Positions 38,985-48,017 of a stretch of 64,000 bases of DNA are shown here, one piece after another. Under the pieces are notes generated by a model. It was not told the origin of the DNA and made no database searches. It saw nothing but the letters and a program-made list of their open reading frames with translations. The stretch lies in the sequence record OR413581.1, one strand, 5' to 3'. A program made the translations under genes and the position numbers. How positions within the stretch are numbered: position 1 is the stretch's first letter; each line of letters opens with the position of its first letter.

Positions 38985-39602
38985 ATGTCTTTTGTTATTG
39001 ACTTTAACCACCATCATAGTCAAACCTTGCTCGATTTAGTCAATGCTTTTAATGCTGAAACCGTTTATACGCCCCTGACCACAGAACGTATCCGTGTGGA
39101 GAGTTATGGTCCACCGGAACCGGACGGTCGTGTAAGTGCTTTGCTGACTAATAAGAGTAAGCCAGATGACTATGTGGTTGTGCGTTACCGCAAATTGAGC
39201 TTAAATGATATAATCACATTGGGACCTGATCATCTCACGTGGTTTGATTTGTCGAAAGGTAAACCGGCCGATTTGCGCGTATGGTCTGAACCTGCAATGG
39301 CCAGTTTTGAATCGGCGTGTGCAGAACGTGGCATCGTTGTAAGTAAGGCGTGGGAAAACCCCGCGCAATGCCACGTGGAGTATGACATCCCGACCGATCG
39401 ATACGTCCTCGTCTATGAATGCGAATCATTTGTTTACGAATCACGCACACGCATTACGCTACCGTACCATATCGGCCAAGACTTAACCAAGACAACGCTG
39501 CCTGGTCTGGAATACGACCTGGCTGGTTCCTGGGGGCGTAAGCTGTTAGAAGAAGTGACTATCTCGAAGCTTAACGGTTTTCGTTATCGTGAGTTTGTTT
39601 AA
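38985..39602 (+). CDS. virion protein, tail-associated paralog family
   Basis: 205 aa; DFNHHHSQTLLDLVNAFN and VVRYRKLSL resemble 34157 and 58090. Confidence 0.55.
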   Translation: MSFVIDFNHHHSQTLLDLVNAFNAETVYTPLTTERIRVESYGPPEPDGRVSALLTNKSKPDDYVVVRYRKLSLNDIITLGPDHLTWFDLSKGKPADLRVWSEPAMASFESACAERGIVVSKAWENPAQCHVEYDIPTDRYVLVYECESFVYESRTRITLPYHIGQDLTKTTLPGLEYDLAGSWGRKLLEEVTISKLNGFRYREFV

Positions 39603-39606
39603 GACA

Positions 39607-39645
39607 CTACCCTCGCCCGTTAGCGAGGGTAGGTATTTATTTTTT
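39607..39645 (+). terminator. intrinsic terminator
   Basis: CTACCCTCGC/GCGAGGGTAG stem plus T-tract. Confidence 0.8.
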
Positions 39646-39646
39646 C

Positions 39647-39669
39647 TTACGAATCGTCCACTCCGTATA
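39647..39669 (+). promoter_or_regulatory. bipartite promoter candidate TTAC-N15-TATA
   Basis: TTAC 39647-50, TATA 39666-69 (variant). Confidence 0.4.
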
Positions 39670-39681
39670 GGAGGTAAGTCC

Positions 39682-40281
39682 ATGAAAAAGATTTATAAAA
39701 TTGCGGTAATCGGTTCTCGGAAGACTGATGAAGATACCATGTCTGAAATGTACATGCGATTGTTACGTGGGTTTAATGCGCTGCACGCCAAAGGCTACAC
39801 GATTCATTTTTCTTCTGGCGGCTGCTGGTGTGGCCCAGACCAATTGCAATTCCGATTTGCCCGACAGTGGGCGAATACAATAGACCAGAACACTGGCAAG
39901 AAAGTGGTGTGGGATGACGAGTTCATCTGCTATTTACCCGATGAGAAAAAGCTTTGGCTCAAGAAACAGAACCCCAACGTAGAGTTCCGTGTAATCCCTC
40001 AGGACGACCGCTATCGTGAGATAGTAGGTAAGCTTCATCCCGCGCCAGAAAAGCTCCAGGAGTTCGCCTGGGCGCTTCACGGGCGTAATCTGAATATAAT
40101 TATGGGCGATGATTTAGCAACGCCTGTAGACGCAGTTTATTACTCTGCGCCTTTAGATAAACAAGGTAATCCGACCGGCGGTACTGCCATGGGCGTGAAA
40201 TACGCTAAGCAGTGTGGTATTCCTTGTTACCACCATGCGCTTGAAGGACATCTGTGGCTTGAGAGCTTGTGCTTATTATGA
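39682..40281 (+). CDS. SLOG-superfamily (DprA/Smf/YspA-like Rossmann) protein
   Basis: IAVIGSR, SSGGC..GPD, HGRN, TGGTAMGVKYAKQCGIP motifs; ATG 39682 with GGAGG. Confidence 0.78.
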   Translation: MKKIYKIAVIGSRKTDEDTMSEMYMRLLRGFNALHAKGYTIHFSSGGCWCGPDQLQFRFARQWANTIDQNTGKKVVWDDEFICYLPDEKKLWLKKQNPNVEFRVIPQDDRYREIVGKLHPAPEKLQEFAWALHGRNLNIIMGDDLATPVDAVYYSAPLDKQGNPTGGTAMGVKYAKQCGIPCYHHALEGHLWLESLCLL

Positions 40282-40311
40282 CCACGTTGCCTTTAATCAG
40301 AGGTCGCTATT

Positions 40312-40584
40312 ATGCAAACTACCAGTTTAGCTCGTCGTTTGTGGGAAGCATTCTTCCCTACGCCGTCAAAACCGATTAAGAAGGTGACTAGCCTTCGCTT
40401 GTTCCCAGGCTCCGAGGATGAGTTCTTCGATTACCTGGAACGCCACGGTTTTGATTCGAAAGTCGCACCACAAGAAAATGACCCAATTCAGACAGTTTAC
40501 ACCACGCCGGATACGGGAGAGATATTTGCCTTGTGTGTTCGATGGCCACATCGCAACTACTACTATACTTTGACGCAGATGTAA
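40312..40584 (+). CDS. small hypothetical protein
   Basis: 90 aa, RBS GAGG. Confidence 0.65.
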   Translation: MQTTSLARRLWEAFFPTPSKPIKKVTSLRLFPGSEDEFFDYLERHGFDSKVAPQENDPIQTVYTTPDTGEIFALCVRWPHRNYYYTLTQM

Positions 40585-40594
40585 GGAGCAGGGG

Positions 40595-41728
40595 ATGTCG
40601 ACGCTCGATTTAGATTTAGAAGTCCTGACTGACGACTACGATCGCCTGGTCGCACTCGAAGGTCTGGGAGTTAAGCCCGACTTCCCTGCGGTTTGCGCGA
40701 TCCGTCAGCGTTGGTGCTTAACCGACGACGGTGAAGATATGTTGGTTGCTCGTGAATCGCGCGAAGCGATGGAGCGTGCTCAGTTTATGACTGATACTGA
40801 CCCGCGGGCTGGCATCCATCGCGCAGCAGGGCGCATTACTGCGAAAGCTGTTAAAGGTACTGGAAAGTTAGTGGGTGCTGGACTAGGTGCAACCGCAAAG
40901 GGCGCGGGTAAACTTTCGAAAAAGCTCGCATTACGCTTTTACGATTTCGCGGAAGCGCTAGCGAAAGAACAAGCCGACCGTTTGAAAGAAATAACTTCGA
41001 AAGCTGCTTTCATGGAACGTAAGCTCAATAAGCTTAAAACGCGAATGTCGGTGCTAGATGACCACAAAACACTCGCTGCGGTCGACGTTCACACGAGTAG
41101 CTGGACGTCTAAAATTTGCTTTGAAGATCGACCCGATTTTGAAGCGTGTGTTAAGTTTTCTAAACAAACAAACGCGTACGAAGGCGTCGTGCAAAAGTAC
41201 ACGGTTTACACACGCACCGCTCTGAAGAAAAGCAAAGCATTCGAAGGGCCGGGCTTAAAACAAATCAGCAAGTCCACGAACTGGGCAGTTAAGCGTGCTG
41301 CTGGGTTGCTTGGCATCATCGATCCCTTTAAAAAGGTGGAAGCTTTTCCTGTCCCTGGAAATATCGTTGTGGTTGAGCACCATAGTGGTAAAGTCAGTTG
41401 GGCAATTGCGCGTGACGGTGAGTATGGTGAAACCATTAAATCGCTGGATATGCATCAGTGTGGGAAAGCATTAGAGGCTGTGGAAGCACTTATCAAATCT
41501 ATTGCTGCACGTGGAACAAAGAACCGTGTTGTGGGCTACACCGGCATTTACGAAGAAGTGGAAGCGATGAAGTCCGAGCTTAAGAACCTAGAAGGGGATG
41601 AGCTGAAGGAGGCCACGTTACGTTACCGTAATGCAATGGCGATGGAAGACGCTTTCACCACGGCGTTGGTACGCGTGGCGGAGGGTCTAATGGAGTGGAC
41701 GAAGCAATCGTTGGCTGAGGTGAAATGA
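40595..41728 (+). CDS. probable head-packaged protein, distant member of the 4860/6215 family
   Basis: 377 aa; acidic N-terminus, IRQRW (cf. IRKRW) and VARE-54-S. Confidence 0.6.
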   Translation: MSTLDLDLEVLTDDYDRLVALEGLGVKPDFPAVCAIRQRWCLTDDGEDMLVARESREAMERAQFMTDTDPRAGIHRAAGRITAKAVKGTGKLVGAGLGATAKGAGKLSKKLALRFYDFAEALAKEQADRLKEITSKAAFMERKLNKLKTRMSVLDDHKTLAAVDVHTSSWTSKICFEDRPDFEACVKFSKQTNAYEGVVQKYTVYTRTALKKSKAFEGPGLKQISKSTNWAVKRAAGLLGIIDPFKKVEAFPVPGNIVVVEHHSGKVSWAIARDGEYGETIKSLDMHQCGKALEAVEALIKSIAARGTKNRVVGYTGIYEEVEAMKSELKNLEGDELKEATLRYRNAMAMEDAFTTALVRVAEGLMEWTKQSLAEVK

Positions 41729-42192
41729 TGAAAATTGTTTTTGTCACCAAGCCCAACTCTCCGTATGGAAAGAAATACTACGCGGACTTGTTAGGACTAC
41801 ACAACAAGTTATACGACGATCAGAAAATAAAACTTGCCGACTTAAACGGTCGTGAAGGGTTTAATCAAATCTCAAAACTGGAGGAGGTTTGGGGTGAAGG
41901 TACGCTGTGCGCTTGCGCCGTTGATGACCGTGGTGTGGCTGTTGGCTTCATCACCTTTGGCTACACCAAAAAGGGACAACGTTTCCTCTGGGTATATAAC
42001 TTTTTTGTAGATGAATCGGTTCGTTCACAAGGCGTTGGTCATGAACTGATCGAAGCCGTAGAGAACTATGGCAAATCAAAAGGTTGCGCGTGGATGCAGC
42101 TTAACGTGCTCGGTAATAACGACCGTGCTATTGCGTTTTATGAACGTTTCGGATTCCGAACTGAATACCAGGATATGGTAAAGGAGCTTTAA
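41725..42192 (+). CDS. GNAT-family N-acetyltransferase
   Basis: FFVDESVRSQGVGHELI and NNDRAIAFYERFGF. Confidence 0.92.
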   Translation: MMKIVFVTKPNSPYGKKYYADLLGLHNKLYDDQKIKLADLNGREGFNQISKLEEVWGEGTLCACAVDDRGVAVGFITFGYTKKGQRFLWVYNFFVDESVRSQGVGHELIEAVENYGKSKGCAWMQLNVLGNNDRAIAFYERFGFRTEYQDMVKEL

Positions 42193-42193
42193 C

Positions 42194-42802
42194 ATGGTAG
42201 CTGTCCGCAGCGTGCCACATCAGACTGGCTCGCGATATACTTTTTGTGTAAAGCGTTTTGGGGCAAGAAATCGCCCTGGTTGGAAGGTGGTACGTGCGAT
42301 GGGACAGTTCTGGCAATTACCGCCCGGCACGTTAAAATATTTTTCAGTAGACAGAATAGCCCAGTTCTTAAATGCGGCTGACCCAAGTCAACGGTCCAGT
42401 TTTATAGCAGGGGTTGTTTGTCGTCCCGATGGGAAAACACGCGATGCAACCACACGTGGAATTTACTGGACAGGACAGAACGCGTTTCAGGTTGGCTTAC
42501 CTTGCCTGAAGTGTGAAGTGACGCCGTTTAATGGCCCCTATGCCGATGCGTACTTCACCGGTATCTTTGTGTCGTTCCCAGACGACCCGTCTTTAAACTA
42601 CTTTCTATCGGTAGACAAAGACGTCAGTATTGATACCTTCTACAAATACTTGTTGTTTTACAGCCGGTATATCCGCGTGACTCCTGTGCATGAAGATTGG
42701 TATTATAAAAATCCCTTGAACTATGGGAGGGACAGGAGACTAGAAGGATGTTCTATCGAGAGCTTCAACTCTGTACCGCAGCGCTCCATGGCGCTAATGT
42801 GA
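42194..42802 (+). CDS. hypothetical protein
   Basis: 202 aa, RBS AAGGAG. Confidence 0.7.
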   Translation: MVAVRSVPHQTGSRYTFCVKRFGARNRPGWKVVRAMGQFWQLPPGTLKYFSVDRIAQFLNAADPSQRSSFIAGVVCRPDGKTRDATTRGIYWTGQNAFQVGLPCLKCEVTPFNGPYADAYFTGIFVSFPDDPSLNYFLSVDKDVSIDTFYKYLLFYSRYIRVTPVHEDWYYKNPLNYGRDRRLEGCSIESFNSVPQRSMALM

Positions 42803-43119
42803 GCAAGAACGGGGACCTGGAAGACGTCGCGCAAGCCTTACGGGCTGTGTCGGAGGTTGACCAGGTCGACATCGACGCTAAGTATTTAGGCGGCGGTGTA
42901 AAGCGTATTCAGTTGACCGTGCGAGCCAAACATGGCAGCTGCTCGTTACATTTTCGAGTCAGTGCGGATTATTTCCTGGTACTGCGCTCCACATTCAGTC
43001 ACGATGGTCGGACTCACCGGGTTCGGTGGATGCACGACATTACTAAATTTGGCTACCCGCTTGCAGAACAACGTAAAGTCGTGCATGACTTTATGGCTGC
43101 AGTCGTTGCGGGGTTTTAA
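42748..43119 (+). CDS. hypothetical protein
   Basis: 123 aa; start could be GTG 42799. Confidence 0.6.
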   Translation: MFYRELQLCTAALHGANVSKNGDLEDVAQALRAVSEVDQVDIDAKYLGGGVKRIQLTVRAKHGSCSLHFRVSADYFLVLRSTFSHDGRTHRVRWMHDITKFGYPLAEQRKVVHDFMAAVVAGF

Positions 43120-43128
43120 GGGGAGACT

Positions 43129-43728
43129 GTGATGTCTGAGATGATTCTCGATTCACTGTTTTTGATTACGGTTGCAAACATCAATAAAAACGGCAATCTT
43201 CCAGAATACGTAGACATAAGTCGTCATGGCTTTAAGCGTCGTTATCAAATCGGTAAGGTACTAGAGATTGCCTGTTTAGTAACGAACATGCGTAGACCGG
43301 TGGAAGGCTGTAGCGTTAAACATGCACAGATGATACTCGGGCGTGCTATTTCAGAAGTACGTCGTAAGCGTCGTCGTGCACCATATCGCTTTTATCCTAA
43401 CTCCACGAAACAGGTGGTCGGTGAGGGGGAAGGTGTGGTTGATTTGCGTGAGGCCAGTTGCAATGTAGGTGGTATTGCACGTGACTGGTTAATGAGCATT
43501 ATCAGTAAGCATCCACGTACGCCTACACCGCAAGAAGGACAGGCGGTACTCGCACTTATGCGTAAGACCCATTTGGTGATTACTGACACACCAAACCAGG
43601 CAGCACGAATGCAGCACTATTTAGCATGTCGTGGATTTACCACACTTGCAGTACCTTCAGAATACGCAGCTGATATTAAACTTCCGCCAGTTCCCGAGTG
43701 GTCTGAACCGAAAGTTGATCATCAGTGA
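43129..43728 (+). CDS. basic hypothetical protein
   Basis: 199 aa, RBS GGGAG, followed by terminator. Confidence 0.7.
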   Translation: MMSEMILDSLFLITVANINKNGNLPEYVDISRHGFKRRYQIGKVLEIACLVTNMRRPVEGCSVKHAQMILGRAISEVRRKRRRAPYRFYPNSTKQVVGEGEGVVDLREASCNVGGIARDWLMSIISKHPRTPTPQEGQAVLALMRKTHLVITDTPNQAARMQHYLACRGFTTLAVPSEYAADIKLPPVPEWSEPKVDHQ

Positions 43729-43733
43729 GTTAT

Positions 43734-43777
43734 ACCCACTCCTTCGGGAGTGGGTCGACTCTATTCTTTTTTTCTTT
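43734..43777 (+). terminator. intrinsic terminator
   Basis: ACCCACTCC-TTCG-GGAGTGGGT plus T-tract. Confidence 0.85.
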
Positions 43778-43798
43778 ACGTCTGGTCGCTATATTGTG
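43776..43798 (+). promoter_or_regulatory. bipartite promoter candidate TTAC-N15-TGTG
   Basis: TTAC 43776-79, TGTG 43795-98. Confidence 0.6.
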
Positions 43799-43837
43799 AC
43801 ACCACTACAATTAATTAAACTTTTGGGGAAGAATAAA

Positions 43838-44461
43838 ATGTTAAACTCAGTGGCGCTGGATGGTCCAGATTTTTCTGGCAAATCAACACTCGCTAAAACG
43901 ATTCAAGCGATGTTGCGCTCCGCTGGCGTTAATGCCATCATCGTCAATCACCCGACGAATACCACTGAAGCCGGTATTAGTGCACGCTCTCTGGTTATCC
44001 AGCACGCCTCTAATGAACGTATTGCCAAAGCGATGTGTCTGGATTTCCAATACACGATGGATTTCGTTGTACCGGAGCACGATGTCGTTATTTTTGACCG
44101 TTTTTGTCAATCGACTATTGTCTACCAGGGCGTCGATGGTAAAGGAGAAGTTTTCCGTTCGCGGGTATTAGACCACATTAACGCACCAAAGCTTTATGTG
44201 GCAACCGATGTATCTTACGAAACCGCCACAGAACGCTTTAAGAAGCGCGTAGAAGCACAAGGTAAGCACTGGGATGATGAGGTACTGACAGCGAAGTATC
44301 TGCGCTCACAGACCGATTGGGACGCATTACGCGACCATTACCGTTTTGCGTTCCACATCACCACAGACGGTGGTGATAAGTTTCCACTGATGCGAATTAC
44401 AGCAGACGACGATATGGCGTTACAGGCCGCCCGTATCGTTGAACGTATTCTGGCAGGTTAG
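43838..44461 (+). CDS. tmk: thymidylate (dTMP) kinase
   Basis: ALDGPDFSGKST P-loop, HP, VVIFDRFCQSTIVYQG. Confidence 0.9.
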   Translation: MLNSVALDGPDFSGKSTLAKTIQAMLRSAGVNAIIVNHPTNTTEAGISARSLVIQHASNERIAKAMCLDFQYTMDFVVPEHDVVIFDRFCQSTIVYQGVDGKGEVFRSRVLDHINAPKLYVATDVSYETATERFKKRVEAQGKHWDDEVLTAKYLRSQTDWDALRDHYRFAFHITTDGGDKFPLMRITADDDMALQAARIVERILAG

Positions 44462-44466
44462 TTGTA

Positions 44467-44504
44467 CCCCTCTTACCTTCGGGTAAGAGGGCATTGTCTT
44501 TTTT
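44467..44504 (+). terminator. intrinsic terminator (25 nt identical to 17981)
   Basis: CCCCTCTTACC-TTCG-GGTAAGAGGG. Confidence 0.85.
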
Positions 44505-44525
44505 ACAGATCAGAACAGTCCTATG
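44503..44525 (+). promoter_or_regulatory. bipartite promoter candidate TTAC-N15-TATG
   Basis: TTAC 44503-06, TATG 44522-25. Confidence 0.55.
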
Positions 44526-44548
44526 CTTTTTGCTTCCAGTCCACTAAA

Positions 44549-44573
44549 TTTCAGATATATATTACCTTAGTGA
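44549..44573 (+). promoter_or_regulatory. early-type phage promoter
   Basis: TTTCAGATATATATTACCTTAGTGA, 2 mismatches to 7544/16046. Confidence 0.8.
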
Positions 44574-44593
44574 GAGTTGTCGTTAAACTCTCT

Positions 44594-44620
44594 AATCGAC
44601 TATTAATCTAAAGGAGTATT
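44594..44620 (+). repeat. conserved 27-nt leader/RBS element
   Basis: Identical to 16092-16118. Confidence 0.85.
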
Positions 44621-44623
44621 CTA

Positions 44624-44989
44624 ATGCGTTTTAAACATCAAACCGTTGTGTTGGCAAAGAAAGCATTTCTGGTTCGTCTCTCTTACATTATTACTCGTGT
44701 CACTGCGAAGGATGTTACGCAGAAAGACATTGCATTGTTGGTAGGCTGCTCACCGTCACAAATCTCTGCGATTAAAAATGAACGCGAGAAAGCCGTGACT
44801 ATCGAAACTCTGATGCGTGTTGCCGATACACTGCGCCTGAATTACGAAATCGTTTACCGTTCCATCAACGGCAAATGCCGTCATAGCTTCAAAATTGAAT
44901 CCTGCATCGACTACATGAATAACTGTCCTATCCGGGTACGAGAAACAGGACTTAAAGTCATGGCACGTAAACCTTCTGCAGTGATGTAA
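44624..44989 (+). CDS. XRE/Cro-family helix-turn-helix protein
   Basis: VTQKDIALLVGCSPSQISAIKN...TIETLMRVADTL. Confidence 0.88.
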   Translation: MRFKHQTVVLAKKAFLVRLSYIITRVTAKDVTQKDIALLVGCSPSQISAIKNEREKAVTIETLMRVADTLRLNYEIVYRSINGKCRHSFKIESCIDYMNNCPIRVRETGLKVMARKPSAVM

Positions 44990-45026
44990 ATTAAGGAGCA
45001 TTTATGAACATAGATGAGGGCTTCGA

Positions 45027-45416
45027 ATGAACTGGTATGTGAGCGGTATCACCCGTCGTGTAATGACGGAAGAGGATGATCGATGTAAACATCTTAAAGT
45101 GGGGTCTATAGCTCCACGTTATACGGCAGAGTGCGACCCATGGGGCCGCGAAACGTATTACATGTGCGAGAACTGCTGGGAAAAGCTGCAGGCTGAAATT
45201 GCAGCTGAAGAAGCGGTCTGCGACGATTGCAAAGGTACCTTCCCGAAACGGGATACTGTTGAGTGGAAATGGCACGACTTTGACCCCAGTCAAGGGGATA
45301 AAGAACTTTGTATCTGTAATAACTGTGTGTCTTTACCGACACATTTAAACCGTGTAGAGAATGACCGTCGGGCATTTGAACACGACTTTCCAGAAGCAGC
45401 TTTCTGGGATAACTAG
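45027..45416 (+). CDS. Cys-rich zinc-finger protein
   Basis: CENC, CDDC, CNNC plus additional Cys/His. Confidence 0.7.
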   Translation: MNWYVSGITRRVMTEEDDRCKHLKVGSIAPRYTAECDPWGRETYYMCENCWEKLQAEIAAEEAVCDDCKGTFPKRDTVEWKWHDFDPSQGDKELCICNNCVSLPTHLNRVENDRRAFEHDFPEAAFWDN

Positions 45417-45438
45417 TATAACCCTTAAGGAGTATATC

Positions 45439-46095
45439 ATGGCGAAGGCCCCTAAAACTGTAGCAAAAGATTCAATGGCAAGCAACGCGATTAAAGCCAC
45501 AAAAACGCGTACTACCGAATCCCCACGCTCACCTAGCATTCCTAAACCGGATGTAATTGTACCAATCAGTGAACGTCTGAAAACAATTCACATCGAGCGC
45601 GAATATCCGATTGACCTTGGTCAGGAAATCGTTGCGGTTAACCTTGGTAGCGACGTACGCTTTACCATCTATAAAGGCGCGCACCTGAACAACATGGTGC
45701 TAACCCGTGGTGATGAAGTTATCGGTCTGTCTCGTTACGACACGCAAATCGAAAACATCTATCCGGTGTTTGCAGTAGCGATGTTGCGTTTGTTCATGCA
45801 GGATAAAGCCGACCTTTGTGGTCAGCTTGCGGGTATGGCGGATCGTGTTGGTCATATTCTGCCGACGCTGGTGAAACTGTACCCAGTTACGATTGACGTG
45901 GCGTTTACTACTGTAGACAACAACCACGGTTATATCGTGCTGACCAAAGACGGTAAAGTTATCGCTGGTAATCTGACTGATAACGAAGTGCAGAAGCATA
46001 TGGACAAATTTGCGTTCATGGTGAATCGCTTGGCGCACGTCAGTGTCAAACATTCTGAAACTTGGACGACGCTTGTCTCCAAACCTGAACTGTAA
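45439..46095 (+). CDS. hypothetical protein with basic disordered N-terminus
   Basis: 218 aa from ATG 45439, RBS AAGGAG. Confidence 0.8.
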   Translation: MAKAPKTVAKDSMASNAIKATKTRTTESPRSPSIPKPDVIVPISERLKTIHIEREYPIDLGQEIVAVNLGSDVRFTIYKGAHLNNMVLTRGDEVIGLSRYDTQIENIYPVFAVAMLRLFMQDKADLCGQLAGMADRVGHILPTLVKLYPVTIDVAFTTVDNNHGYIVLTKDGKVIAGNLTDNEVQKHMDKFAFMVNRLAHVSVKHSETWTTLVSKPEL

Positions 46096-46098
46096 TCA

Positions 46099-46136
46099 TT
46101 AAGGGGTCTTCGGACCCCTTAATTTTTTGTCTTTTT
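46099..46136 (+). terminator. intrinsic terminator
   Basis: TTAAGGGGTC-TTCG-GACCCCTTAA plus T-tract. Confidence 0.9.
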
Positions 46137-46157
46137 ACGCGTTATCCTCATGTTGTG
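46135..46157 (+). promoter_or_regulatory. bipartite promoter candidate TTAC-N15-TGTG
   Basis: TTAC 46135-38, TGTG 46154-57. Confidence 0.6.
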
Positions 46158-46184
46158 ACAGCATTACCTTTTGAGGGCATTACA

Positions 46185-47186
46185 ATGAAAACTGTGGCTA
46201 AATTGTTCCGCAGCAGCATTCGCTCTGCCGAGTTCCAAAATAACGTCGGTACCGATACTGTACGAGCACGCCGCCTAAAAGAGTTTCTAAAGGACGAGAC
46301 TTATTCTGTTTACGTGGTACGGAATAAAGAAACCTGGGAGGGTTATTTAGTGGCCACCTATCGACACGGTGACCCTACACTAACCTGTCACTATTTTGAG
46401 GAGTTTGTACCTGGGGCATTCGATAAAGTTGGTTTAGCCCTTGTGCTCGACCACACAGGCTTCGAATATATGTCGTGCCCGGCACCTACTGGCGATGTTG
46501 AACAAAAACTGGTCGAAAAAGGGTTTGTTCTTTCAGATATCGTCTGGGCATGTCATTCTAAACTGTTTGATAAAGTAATAACTGCATCGGAAATCAAGAT
46601 TATTTCTGGTGACGCATACGCAGAACTTTCCAAGGACGACAAAGACGTTATCCTGAATCTGGTCAGTGGTGCAATTTGCGAAGAGCTAGAGTACGATGTG
46701 CGCGGCCACTATACGCACATTGGTCCGTTAGCAGAAACAGTAATAGCAAGAATTCAGCACGCTAATGTGGAAACCGCGATTTGGCGAGACGGGCGTGATA
46801 TCGTCGGCATTGCCCAAATGCGTTTGGTCGCGCCAGGCGTCGTTGAACTTTCTGGCTTGACGGTTGCACCTACGCATCGTAAACGTGGCATTGGTCGCCG
46901 GTTAATGGGCGCGCTATTCGATTTCGCACAACGTCACTCCGACCAAGTCTATATTGAAACAGCTGCTGATAATAATCCAGCAAATCACCTGTATGGCAAC
47001 ATCCTACGTTGCAAACAGGTACTGCGTACACTAACGTTGAAACGCGACCCTGAGCTTATTAGCTGGAAACGCGTAAAAGGGAACCGCGCCGACCGAGTGC
47101 TGAAAGAAGAACCTAGCCTCCCGGTGGAGACCAACCCCAGACCAACGATTAATGACATGTTTCAATCTGGCATGAGAGGATGCTAA
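46185..47186 (+). CDS. tandem-GNAT acetyltransferase (intact C-terminal GNAT, degenerate N-terminal)
   Basis: LTVAPTHRKRGIGRRLM and DNNPANHLY; N-half has QKLVEKGF. Confidence 0.82.
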   Translation: MKTVAKLFRSSIRSAEFQNNVGTDTVRARRLKEFLKDETYSVYVVRNKETWEGYLVATYRHGDPTLTCHYFEEFVPGAFDKVGLALVLDHTGFEYMSCPAPTGDVEQKLVEKGFVLSDIVWACHSKLFDKVITASEIKIISGDAYAELSKDDKDVILNLVSGAICEELEYDVRGHYTHIGPLAETVIARIQHANVETAIWRDGRDIVGIAQMRLVAPGVVELSGLTVAPTHRKRGIGRRLMGALFDFAQRHSDQVYIETAADNNPANHLYGNILRCKQVLRTLTLKRDPELISWKRVKGNRADRVLKEEPSLPVETNPRPTINDMFQSGMRGC

Positions 47187-47189
47187 CGG

Positions 47190-48008
47190 GTGATAAGACC
47201 AATTTTAAAATGGATGGGTGGTAAGAGTCGTGTACTGCCCGAGCTTCTACAGGTGCTTCCGGATGCTGAGTATTTCGTTGAACCGTTTGTGGGTGCAGGG
47301 TCAGTGTTTTTAAACACTAAATACCCGAACTATATTCTCGGCGACACGAACCCAGACTTAATCGAGTTACTGACCATGGCGCGCGATCGTCCGGAAGCGC
47401 TGATTCTGGAAGCAAAGGCGCTCTTTGCAAATGGGACGGACCGCGGTCTGTACATGAAACGACGCGAGGAATTTAACAGCGAAGCAACCACGGGGAAACC
47501 TAATCTCCAGCGCGCCGCGATGTTCCTGTATCTTACACGTCATGGTTACAATGGTTTGTGCAGATACAATCAGTCGGGTGGGTTTAACGTGCCTTATGGT
47601 CAACACCCGAACGGTGTCTATTTCCCTGAAGAGGAAATTCTGGCGTGGGCAAAACGTTGTTCGGAAACCAACGTCGAGCTGCTCTGCGCGGACTTCCGCG
47701 ATATCCTAATTAAATGCCCATCTAACGCTGTGATATACGCTGACCCGCCCTATATCCCTCTTTCGGATACGGCTAAACACGCGCAGTATCACAGCAAAGA
47801 ATTTTCACAAGCTGACCACCGCGAGTTAGCGAAACTTTTAAAACAACAAGCTGCCGATGGCAATAAGGTCGTTCTGTCAAACGCAGATACGTTACTCACA
47901 CGCGATATTTATTACGGCTTTACTTGGCGCGAAGTTCAGGTAGGTCGATATATGTCTGCGGATGCGAATAAGCGTAAAGCGGTGACGGAGCTAATCGGCA
48001 CCTTATAA
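47190..48008 (+). CDS. dam: DNA adenine methyltransferase (Dam family)
   Basis: LKWMGGKS, EPFVGAGSVF, GYNGLCRYN..G.FNVPYG, YADPPY. Confidence 0.95.
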   Translation: MIRPILKWMGGKSRVLPELLQVLPDAEYFVEPFVGAGSVFLNTKYPNYILGDTNPDLIELLTMARDRPEALILEAKALFANGTDRGLYMKRREEFNSEATTGKPNLQRAAMFLYLTRHGYNGLCRYNQSGGFNVPYGQHPNGVYFPEEEILAWAKRCSETNVELLCADFRDILIKCPSNAVIYADPPYIPLSDTAKHAQYHSKEFSQADHRELAKLLKQQAADGNKVVLSNADTLLTRDIYYGFTWREVQVGRYMSADANKRKAVTELIGTL

Positions 48009-48017
48009 GGTACCAAC

